A DNA stretch of 64,000 nucleotides from the human T2T-CHM13v2.0 reference genome, Homo sapiens, in NCBI RefSeq assembly GCF_009914755.1, contig NC_060931.1. One strand, written 5' to 3'. The stretch's first letter is position 1; each line of letters opens with the position of its first letter. Positions 38,190 to 49,566 of this stretch are shown here, in pieces. The notes below the pieces were generated by a model. It searched no databases, was not told the DNA's origin, and saw only the letters and a program-made list of their open reading frames with translations. A program made the translations under genes and the position numbers.

Positions 38190-41100
38190 TTTAGTTTTTA
38201 TATTTATAAATCATGGCTATATCTTTATTTTTCAATTTACATAAGAAGATATGTGGAAAATGAAATCACATATTTGGAGCCATGTTTCTTCCCTTCTTTC
38301 TTTTTCTTCTATTTTTTTCACTCTGAGTTCCTCAGTTGCCATTTCTTTAAAATTATGAGTTGTTTTTCCTGCTTTGATGAGAGATTTTTCTCTGACAGTA
38401 TTGGTGATGGAGGTCTATAGAAACATTCAAAGAGGGCGTGGATAAGGAGAGGTATTCTTTATTTCACCAACTGATGAGCGATTTCTCAGATATTCAGCCA
38501 AACTGACCTCTGTTTCCTCAACTCACGAGTTATTCTTTTCTCTGCCCTTTTCAGTTAGTAGTCAATAATACTAGCTGTGATGCACTTCTGTTGGCTTCCT
38601 AATTCAGGGCAAGCTGTCCTGACTGAGCCGGGGAAGGGCTCTGGGTGCATGATCGCTGAAAGGACACCAGTGCACATGGATGCCATTTGTCTCCATTGCA
38701 TTCCCCAACTTCAATACACTTTCTGAAACCCTTAGTCAAATTTAGCACCATTCATGATCAGGGCAACAAAACCACATGTGGAATTCCTAATATGGAATTT
38801 GTGATTATTCAAATAAATTTTGGATTAAAACTACCTATGCGTGATTAATAAAGAGAATGCTAACGAATAATGAAAGCAGACAGTCAGGAAGCATTTTTAA
38901 ACTCTGTGACTAAATAGTTTCAAGCATTTTAGCAACACTTGTCTATATATCAGTAAATGTAGTGCTAATTATAAAGCATTCTTATTTATGCATTAAAGCA
39001 GTTATTAAATATATGTGGTATTAGAATTTCGTTCTTGGAAAGGTTTCTGTTTGTTTTTCCACCAATTTATATTGTTCTCCTTTGGATTTTGCCAAAGCCA
39101 TTCATATCTCTATATATTTTTAATAAGCAGAATTAGGAAAGTATAAAGTTTTCAGATATGAGGAATTGCCAGATGAAATTATGATGCAAATATTTGTACC
39201 ATCTTAGCTCTAGAGTCAAACAGAAACTGGATTTGAGTCTCACCTGTACTACCTACTAGTTGAATAAACTCCAATAAGTTACATAATCCCCTTCAGCTTC
39301 AGTTCCCTATCAGTAAAATGATTATGATTACCTCCTGGGATCACAGCCAGAGGTAAAGAAATCGTAAGTGTTCAAAATTATTAGCAGCTTCTATCATAAC
39401 CATCATCCCATCTGCACAAAATCAGTTCTTGCTTGAATGGGTGTGCTACCATGAAAATGTGCTGTTTTCAGATGTGCAGTGTCCCCAGCAGGAGGAAGGC
39501 AGCATTGTGTGCATGCATCCACTCTTCAGTAGCTGCAGGAGGTAGAAAGGTCTGACAGCTGCAGAGCAGGGTTCTAAGCAACAAGAGAGAACAGTCTCTG
39601 GTGAATGGAGTGGCACCCATGCACCCTGTCCTGTAGACCTGCGTTCGTGGGCAACTGTACTCTCCCTCAGCTACGGTAAGAGCCCTCATAACTAGAACAG
39701 AGCTGTAAATCTGCTGACTAAAGGAAAGCAAGAAAGGGAATTTAAACAGCTGCTACCAGCATGCCAGGGCACACAAAATAGGCAATTTATGTATTAGGTC
39801 AAAGTGAAGCACATTTCTTTTAAAAAACAGATTTCTAGAAGAAATTGGCACCGGACATGTAAGCATTCTAATAAAAAGATATTCTTCTCAAAAAATTATG
39901 GGATAAAATCATTCTATTATTTGACCTTTCCCCTTAAACAGTGATTTAGTATGTGCAAACCTGAATAAAAATTGCATTAGAAGCTAGCTCAGTTTTTCTC
40001 ACACAGCGATTTTCATTTCTGAAGCTGGCATCTGTAATAAAAGAGAAATATGTTGAAGGGCCGCGTCTACTCGAAGAGCTGTAATGGACACTCAGTTCTT
40101 CATAAGCTGGCCTTCTTCACAGACAGAGAAGTATTTGACTGTTGCTACTTTTACTATTGGAGGATTTCCATTTTTAGGTTTGTTGTTATGAGCCTCACTA
40201 ATATTCACTTTTACAAAACAAAGATTCTGGAGTCAGACCATGCAGCCACAGTGGGGTGACGAGTGGGGGTAGAAAATGTTTTCTTTCTTTTTTCTTGCTC
40301 CTTTTGATTACATTAGATACCCAGACAAGAAGAGAAAGAAGAGAAAAGCTGATCAGGAATCACGCCTAATGCTGCAGAACGATGCCCTGAAAATGCTGAA
40401 TGTGCCCCCTATCTAAGCCAACTAAACTTGTATTTACACAGGAAATTAATCCATCAGAAAATATTCAAAGCCAAGAGAAAGTGGATATTTGGAGAACTTA
40501 TCAAATGTACATGGAATAAGTTGTTTACTTAGTTTTCTCCACTCAGCGCCTTGAATTAAATACCCACATCCTCTTCTGGGATCTTTCCTAGAGCCCAGAG
40601 CTCTGGTTCTCATTCTCTCCCTGTCACTAACTAATGATGGCACTTTGACCCATCAATGTAAACTTTCCTGGGCCCAGACTACCAAATTTGAATAAAAAGC
40701 TTGGAAAAGAGGTTTTTGAAAAGAAGAAGGAATGCTAAAATAATAGTGGAGCCAGGTATTAAATGAATATTTAAAAGAATTCAGAGGAACCTTTGTAAGC
40801 TGTAAAAGTCTATGCTATGAAAAGTTCAAAATATTGTTATATCGTAAGAAATTTGGTACATTACAAAGAACAAAGAAGCTTTACATTTTATTAATGCGTT
40901 GAAAAACCAAGAGGCTGATAATGTTTTCATATCCAATATCAGTTCAGAGTTGGGGAAAAGTTAAGTTTTATATCAAGTATGAAGTATGTTATATGTGAAC
41001 TATGGTATATGTGGTACATTTCCTCTGAAAAGATGCAACAAATGTGGGGTATTGCAGAAAGGTTGCTTGCCTCAGGTGGTTTCCGAAAGCGGCAGATTTC

Positions 41101-44100
41101 TGCTCTGTGCTGATGGACCACATTGCTGTTTCTTCATATCTTTGTCTTTGCATGACTCCCTGCTAGGATGAGTTATTTCACTTTGCTGGGTTACATATTC
41201 CTGATCTGCATATTTGCCACACAGGATTGTTGTGAGGATTAACCAATATGATGGAGGCACAGTGCCTACTGCATGTTGCCTGGCACCTAGCAGGTCCCCA
41301 ATAGGTTCAGCCGTTTTGGAGGGCAAGGTGTGGGCACGCGGAGGGATGCAGCACTGTTCAGCATGCCCACTGTCTCCCAGCCTGATGACTGCAGATGCAG
41401 GGAAAAAATGGTAGCACAGACGGAGGTCTAAACTAAAAAGGAAGGTGCTGAAAGGCAACTGAGCACTTCTACCTGGCAGACATATGAGAGGGGCATGAAA
41501 GGGCAAGAGGCACGAGAACAGGAGCTGGTGGCACTCAGGCAGTGACGCGGAAGCAGGCCCTGACCTCTCCAGGCAGTGGCCCTGTCTGGCTGGCAACAGG
41601 CAGTCCACTGGAGGGAGGGGCAGCCTCACACCATTTCCGCCAGACTGCGAGGCTGCCAAGGTCTCAACTACTATGTTTTGATTGTTTTTAATTTTGCTTT
41701 CTTTTTGTAATGAAATATATGGAATTTCTGTTATTCTCTGAAATCATACGATAGTGAAGTTAATATCTGGAAGGGTTTTTCCATATTTCTCCTTGGCTGG
41801 GCTTTCATTTGTCAACTCTCTTGAGAAATGCTTGCCTGATGCATCTCTGGGGAGGCAAGGCCCACACCACTCTTGCATGAGGAAGAGAAAAGGATGAGAA
41901 ATGGAAGCCAAGTTTCTGCCCTGCTTAGACTTCTAAGACTTCTCAGACTCTTCCATTTACAAAATGGAGAAAACACCTCCTCTGCCTTACAAAGACGGGG
42001 GAATTACAGTCGCAAGAGCACTATGAAAATCTTCAAGCATAAAAACAAAGCAAATGAAAGGCATCATGATTAAATAGATGTCGAAGGACGTTATGAAATG
42101 GCATTCTGTGTCCAAGAGAAACCTCTAGGTCCCATTAGGCCTCTCTTCATCTAGACCTGCTGCCTGTAAATTTTCTTCACATAATTTAGATAATAGCATC
42201 TTCCTTTCTTCTTCACAGAGCATTTTATGTTGGGGGTAAAGTTTGAAAACTCTCGAGTCCTTGTACACATTGAAAGTAATTTTTAAACTTGCAAAAAATT
42301 TTACTCCTTGCTTTTAATGAGCTAATAGCATAATCAGTGAGGTGAGATACAAATATGATTAATTACACACAATGTAGGCCTGGTAAAGAACCTAGCAAAA
42401 GAAAATACTGCTGAAGTTCAGAGGAGAGAGAGATTACAACTAGCTATTAGGAACAGATAAATGGACAGGCAATTATCTGAGGGCAATAGTTGCTTAAATG
42501 TGTGACTGTATTAAGGGGAAAACATTATCCTGCTTGGCCTCAGCAGAGAGCAAAAGAAACCAAATAAAACAAAATAGGCAATCCTATCACAATGCAATAC
42601 CTGGCATACTAATATGACAAGAATAAAACAATTCTACACAGTTATTATGCTCACTTTTGGAAACATGTGGAAATAGTATCTCATTTAATATCTCAAAAGT
42701 GAGTGGCAGCAGAGGAAATCAGAACTCAGCGGTCCTGACGGCAATCCTGGCTCTGCGTGTCTCACAAAAGAAAAGCATTTCTGTCTTTAAAATGAGCACA
42801 GAGTGGCTGAGGTTTACTTGTATAAAAGTTAATATTTCCATACAATAAACCATAACATGTTTGATAAGAAGTAATGGCATTATGTAATTAGTATAAATCT
42901 GAATGAAAATGACTATGATGATTATTTGTTAAAATTACACAGGACAAATTATAGCATTTTAGATCCTCAGATTTCATTTCTAAAAGTCTTTGGGCCTACA
43001 AAGATGAAGTACATATCTTTTCATTCAAGACATAAATAAAAAACAGAAAGGAGAGAAACACAATCAGTGATTTGATGACAATACAGATTTGCTTTAGAAT
43101 TTACTATATAGGAAAAAATCTTTGTAATTTTCCTGGCGAAAATGAATTGTATTTAATTAAAAATATGCTAGTAAATGCATGTACTTAGAGTGGTTGAATG
43201 ATTACAATCTGAAAACAAAAGTACTATGCTTCAATAGTATATTACATATCTGATGGAAGTTCAAAATGTTAGTAGCCTCAAAATATTCTTTACACTGCAT
43301 AATTGGGTTTCTTTTTAGTTATAATACTCATGTAAATCATGCTTTAACTTGCACATGCTGGATATAGTATGATAGGAAATGCTGCATCAAAATGAAGCAG
43401 CTGTTTCCATAATATCTCAATGGGCTAATGGGGTCAGCCATGTCCTATGAAGGGTTGATTAATTAAGAAAGGGATGACATAAATTATGGTGCAGTTTCAA
43501 CAAATTCGAGCCAATCTGCAATGCCCATGCTGAAAAGAAAACCAATATTTCACAAAATACATTTTAAATAGTGAATTATTTTACCACGTTGTATTTGCTT
43601 TCAGCATTTTAAAACTTGTATTCAATACCAGACATACTTTGTGTGAAATCAAGTACTATTGCCTATTTGGGGAAGCATTTAATAATTTATTTTTCTTTCT
43701 TTTTTTTTTCATTAAATGAATCCCTGTCAAAGAGTTTCTCTTCAAAAGATAATGAGAATACGTGTTTAATTTTGGAAAGCTCTGATGTTATTGGTTCTCC
43801 ATAGATTGTGTACATTTTCCTTGCAAAATCTCTGTACTTAGAACTGCACGTGAACTGAGCTATCACTGTTGCATTTTTTGAAACTTGTCACCCAGCTTGA
43901 ATAGAGGACCACTCTGCAGAGCCCCATCACTAACCTCTGGGTCTTCTCCAGTCACTAGGTTTCTGTGAGGAGATACTGTATACTGGTAAATATATAGCCC
44001 ACCTACCAGTAAGGCAAATCAATGACAACACTAAAGTAACCTAGCAGAAATACAGTAATGTGAGTTTACTAAATGGCTACTTTGGAAGCCCCAAATATTT

Positions 44101-44942
44101 ATTCTACATATAGTGACTTTTAGAGAACAAGGGGTTCTACCACAATTTTTATCATTGTCAGTGTGGACCCAAACATGATTTAGATGAAGTATTCAAAAGA
44201 TTGCATTTCCCCACACTTACCCCCTTCGAACACATTTAATCTTTCTCCAGTTAAAAATGAAAGAAGGTAATGCTTTGATCCTCATCACATTTTTGTTCTT
44301 TACTAATAAAGTTATTCAATATGTCATTTGTAGCTAGAAGCTTATTGAATAAAATATATGAAGAAAAGAATGCAACACTACAATTTCTTCCCTGAGATAG
44401 TCTTAGAGCTCTTTCAGGAGTTTCCAATTCTTGATAGCACTAACTTTCTCCAAGATTTCGAGGATTAAAAAAAAAAAACACTATAAAAGTAAATGCCCAA
44501 ATGCACCCACCCTAGAACAAGTTTGCCCCTCGTTGAGGAGCCTGCTGTTCTTAGGTTGTGTCATATCCCCTGTGGATTTATGCTCATGCAGTAGGAAAAA
44601 AAAAAAGATGTGTTTTTAGGTACCAGTATAGGAAGAACCAGATGACTTCAGGGAATGATCCTCAAGGAATTACTTGAGGGAAAAGTATCTGGATTTGCCC
44701 CTCTCAGTGTTCCCAGCCGTGGGGTGGCATTGTTTGAAAACAGACAAAACAAACAACACCAACTTCCTGGGACTGAAATCCTTTGTATGTGTTGTTGTTT
44801 GCAGTGCATGCCAAGACATTCATGAGCACCAGAGCCAAGCTGGCGAGCTAATTAAATATATATATGTATGTGTTTAAAACAACCTAATAAGGAGCGTTGG
44901 AAATCTTCAAGATGAGCGAATATCTTATAACTTCTTCCGCAG

Positions 44943-45019
44943 GTGCGAGGATAGCTACAAGCCATGGACTTTCTGTCCTGCTTCTTGTTTGTGGCTTTGT
45001 GAAGGGTGCTTTGCTTTAA
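44943..45019 (+). CDS. VSTM2A: VSTM2A terminal exon, proximal acceptor ([25 protein letters not shown]), giving a 236-aa isoform
   Basis: Acceptor cttcttccgcag|GT; phase 1 matches exon 4; TAA at 45017-45019. Confidence 0.88.
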
Positions 45020-45064
45020 TCTAAAGTGCTGACTTTTTTCCAATATCACTTTCTCTTCTTAAAG

Positions 45065-45153
45065 CAAAGAGCAAATCGCCTGTAAAATCTACGGAGCGGA
45101 CAGCAAAGTTGACCCTAAACTCCAAGCACCACCCTGCACCCACTGTACTCTAA
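45065..45153 (+). CDS. VSTM2A: VSTM2A terminal exon, distal acceptor (AKSKSPVKSTERTAKLTLNSKHHPAPTVL*), giving a 240-aa isoform
   Basis: Pyrimidine tract ctttctcttcttaaag|CA; phase 1 matches exon 4; TAA at 45151-45153. Confidence 0.82.
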
Positions 45154-47710
45154 TTCACTACACAAGGAGCGCCTGCTTCCGGAAGCATAAATGAAGAGGC
45201 TATCACATGCTTTGTTGATCATATTTTCTTTGGCAAAACACTGATCTTTTATTTTAAGAGAATTAACGTGAAGTGATAGAACGTTTTCTAATAGCAAGAT
45301 CTATTTTTTCCCTTTTCTTTCGGCGACTAAAATCATCTCACTGACTGCTCAAGGGTTGGCCTGAATGTCATCAGGATAGGGAATATTTACTATGGATACC
45401 ACTAATTTCCTACTAAAGGACCCAGCATCTTCAGGAAGCAAACAGAGATCAAAAGGCTACAGAACAGAAGCTATCATCAGACAAAACCCCCTTTTTAGGG
45501 GAAGAACAAAACTATCAACACTGCAAGTCAACAAGGAGGACATTACTTTAAGGAATAACATGAGAAAGAAATTTTTTTATTTTCCCCTTTTTTTCTTGGA
45601 TTTTTCTTCTTTTTCTTGATTACAGTTCTTGTTCAATGGTGGCAAGTGCTGGTTATGGCCAATCTCCGTCAATCCTAGGAGGTTTATAGAACTACATTTT
45701 GAGTGTTCTATATTTCAGTGTATTTTAATTCATTTTGCAATTCCTGTGTATGCAAACCTGATAAATTCTGTAAATTGCTTATAGTATGTGTGCTATAACT
45801 TCAAAGTAGATGTACTGCGACCCTCATGCAAGCTGATTTTTATCATTATATATATAAATATATACTTAAGAATATCTGTGTGTTGGGCCAATGACCAACT
45901 TTTTTTGACGAAGCATTTGTTTTTCGTTGATAATTCATACACTGCGTGAATTTTGTAATTCATTGTTTCACTTCCACAGGTTTGACAGCTGCAGATGGTC
46001 TCTATTGTCCTCTGCTTCATTCTGGAAAGTGCATATTCAAAATTGTATCAGTCTCTGATCGATGAATTAATTTTGTTATGTCTGTGCTAAGTTGGAATTT
46101 ACTATGTTCCTTTATACATGGTGTTTATTGAGGTTTGAGAGTCTCTTGACTGTGAAGAATGTACACTGTCTGGTTTTGACAGCTATTTCTGTATTATTAT
46201 CATTATAATCTTGTCAAATAGAAATGTTGCTTCTAGAAAATTTGCCTAGGAGGCGAATGTGGGGAAGGTGAAGCACTCACCATAATTCCCTAAATTCATG
46301 TTAGAACATTTCTTGCTATGGTTAAAAATGCTGCTTCCTTTGACCTTTATGAATTTCTGTACCTTTGTCATTCTGTTACCTTTGTCATTCTGTTATTTGC
46401 GCTAATTATATTTTAATGTCTCCTAATTAAAAATTAAAATTTGGTTGTTGGCTAAATACAATATGCAAAAGATGATGGCAGGTCCCCGACTAAAGAAGAT
46501 TAATGTGTTCAGTTTTCACTGGTTAAGTGAATTATAATTTTAAATATTCCATTCTTATTTATGTCTTTATGATAATTCAGACTATTTTATTTTGAACCTG
46601 TTTTCTACTCTGGCAAAGAAAGATAGGCAGAACTATTAGTGTTCCATATACATTATGGAATAGATAAAGCTTGAGAGATAAATGACCTAAGTTTTCCTTC
46701 CAGAGAGACTCTTCCATTTTCTCTCATTACAAAACCAGAAGATCAGCTATGTGGGGCCATCAGCTCCCAGCCTAAGGTCCTATAACCCGAAGCTTGAAGG
46801 CAATCAGTACCTCTGCTTTTCAAAGGTAAATGCATTCATTTTCTTTGATTCAGTTATAAGCAAGTATATATTTTCATAATATTCTTGACATTACCTGAGA
46901 AATAATACTTCATGCTAAATCTTTTACTGCCACTTTTCTCATTCATTTGGTTTATCATTTCAGTTTAATGAGAAAAATTAATAAAGGTTTTGATTGCACT
47001 ATTTTATTAACCTAGAAATGTATTTTCTTTCAAAGTTTAATACTTAAAAATGCATAAAATAATGGTAAGATAAACACCATCTATTAAATTTATCTGGGCC
47101 TTAAAGATTGCATACATTAAAGCATAAGTAAGTATACTGTTTCAAATTCAGTCAAGTTGGGAAAAATCTACATGTAATGTACTTTTACTCAAAATTTAGG
47201 TCATGAGATTGGTCATTTCTGAAGCAACACAGACTTGTACCTGTATCAGCAATGTTTACCATGCTCATAATCAAAGACGTATGCTAGTTTGGAATGAGCT
47301 ACTAGGCTCATTGTATCAGTGTCCAAAATAATGAAGATTTATCTGTCACTGTGCCACCAAGAGTCCAACTCACTGGCTACTTTGAGAAAGAACATGGTGC
47401 ACTATTTGCTTCACACTCAAGAAGTTAATATGGAACCTTAAAAATTGGAACGGAAACTAAAACAAATTAAGGAGATCTTTCAGAGATTTTAACCTTATAT
47501 TTTGTCTCTGCGACTATAACTTTGTAAATAACCATAACTATGAATAGGAATAAAGATTTAAAAATAAGTTATCAGACATTCTCAACCTTGTTTCCAAGGT
47601 TATGTAATGTTTATCATAAGAGAAAATCCTAAAATATTAAAATTGCTTACTTGAATTTAAGTTGAATGCTTTTGTTCTTTCTTAAAGACTTATAAATTGC
47701 TTGCAATAAA
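45154..47710 (+). other. AT-rich 3' UTR region of VSTM2A with candidate polyA signals
   Basis: Repeat-poor sequence after the stops; AATAAA at 46980-46985, 47549-47554 and 47705-47710. Which one is used is unknown. Confidence 0.6.
46609..46819 (+). repeat. Copy 1 of a local direct duplication
   Basis: 46693-46819 matches 49175-49301 at 124/127; 46609-46644 matches 49135-49172. Confidence 0.95.
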
Positions 47711-48499
47711 ATAATGCAAATGAAAACACATGAGGGTAAAATAATAAAATAAGATAAAAATTATTTAAAGCAGAAGCCGCTAGTCAGGGTTAGTAAATAA
47801 GCTTAGTGGAGTTCATGAACCCACTGGAATTCCATGTATATTTTTGCATATCTGTTTTATGGAGGTGGTCCTTCATACGGCCAATCAATTCATTGATTCT
47901 GAGTGATTTGATTATGATTTGCTTGCCTAAAAGAATAATGTTTAGATGATTTTGAGCATCTAAGAAAACCTGATAGTTATAATTTTGAACTGGTTTGCCT
48001 TAAAGTTCTTGAATATAATTTAGGAAGGTATGTTAAGACACACATATGTGTGGGTGTGTACAGGGGGAGTACAAAAAAAACCACATTTTTAAGTTCAGAA
48101 AAAAAATCATTGCAATTTGTTGTAAACAGCATGGACTAATGATACAGGATGATGTTGGTTGAATTTTCAGGACTAGCAATGTAACTTTGCAATGGATACG
48201 TAGATGCCATTCAAATAAGTGATTCTGTTATTTATCCTGTTTTTTTAAAGTAAAAATATTAAACATAACTTAGTTTGTATAAGAAAAAATAATTGCAGGA
48301 GGTAAATGTAACCTGTCTGAGATAACACACAAAACTCTGATGATTGTATTTTGGAGTTAAGACTATGAAGCTAAAAAATGTGTGTGCACATAATTTCAAA
48401 TATTAGGCCCAAGTAATTTTATTTTCGGAACTGCTCATTAATTATGGGAGCACTCAGTGTTTCAGGAAGTGTTAAGACTTCAGGGTTTCAGCAATGAAA

Positions 48500-48810
48500 T
48501 TGATAAGGCTCTTCCCTAGATCTAAGAAGAGACAGACAATAAACATTCAAAAGCAAGAACATAAGATACTGATAAATTCTAAGAAGAAAACCCAGTAGGA
48601 TGATATACAGGGGTGTGACTAGGAGGTCAGAGGAGGTTGCTCTGAGGAGGTGATGTTTATGCAAATCTGAATGATAGGAAGCCCAGCAAGAGATCTGGGA
48701 GCAGAGCCTTCCAGGGAAAGGGAAGGACCTGTGCAAAACCCCAGAGGCGAAGTCCATCTAGGCTTGCTCAAAGACAAGAAAGAGGACAAGAACATTAAGT
48801 GTGGGGAGAG
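48500..48810. mobile_element. L2-like remnant
   Basis: ctctgaggaggtgatgttt...atctgaatga...ccagggaaagggaa...gtgcaaa motifs. Confidence 0.6.
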
Positions 48811-49134
48811 TGGCAAGAGGCAAGATCATCAGGCAAGGGCGCCTCAGACAAGACCACGCCAAGGGGAGAGCACAGGGCAGAGCAGGACTGTGTGGAAATT
48901 CCAACGTGAATGACTTCCAAAATCAGGACACAGGCTCTCTCCCCAGCCTGACCTCTTCTGGTGCTTAACTAACTTGTTAGCAAAACTCCTTGGGGCACAG
49001 CACTGAGTCCTCCAGCCAGGCTGCCCCTTTGTATTGACATGGCAGGGATACAGGAGGCACGAGAGACTGTAACTTTCTAGAGTTAGAATGTCTCTAGTAA
49101 CTCTAGAGACATTTTAGTGCTAACTTACAATTGA

Positions 49135-49301
49135 TCTGGCAAAGAAAGATAGGCAGAGCTATTAAAGTGTTCAATTTCCTTCCAGAGAGATTCTTCCATT
49201 TTCTCTCATTACAAAACCAGAAGATCAGCTGTGTGGGGCCATCAGCTCCCAGCCTAAGGTCCTATAACCTGAAGCTTGAAGGCAATCAGTACCTCTGCTT
49301 T
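49135..49301 (+). repeat. Copy 2 of the local direct duplication, with an internal deletion
   Basis: As for copy 1; flanked by AATTGATC at 49129-49136 and 49304-49311. Confidence 0.95.
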
Positions 49302-49529
49302 ATAATTGATCACTTTGAGGAGCCAAAGGAAAGAGTGAAAGATTGGGACTGCTTTGAGTGGAGATGGCACTGAACTCGTTGTAATAACTACAAATGCAAT
49401 TTAAAGTAAAAGCATGAGTATATAAATTGAAAGGGCAGGTGGACAGAAAGAAGAGACTGACTCCTAGACAGGTGCTGAGAAAGCAGTGTAATTAAAAAGA
49501 TAAGGAAGGGAAAGGAGCTACAACATATA

Positions 49530-49530
<1 letters not shown>

Positions 49531-49563
<33 letters not shown>
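49531..49563 (+). repeat. (CA)n microsatellite
   Basis: Seen directly. Confidence 0.95.

Positions 49564-49566
<3 letters not shown>

Noticed and set aside
41072-41659. 195-aa minus-strand ORF in intron 4
   Set aside because: No ATG-supported start and no domain; partly overlaps MIR-like sequence.
46645-46692. The segment missing from duplicate copy 2 as a spliced intron
   Set aside because: Only 48 nt, and its boundaries are not clean GT-AG on either strand.
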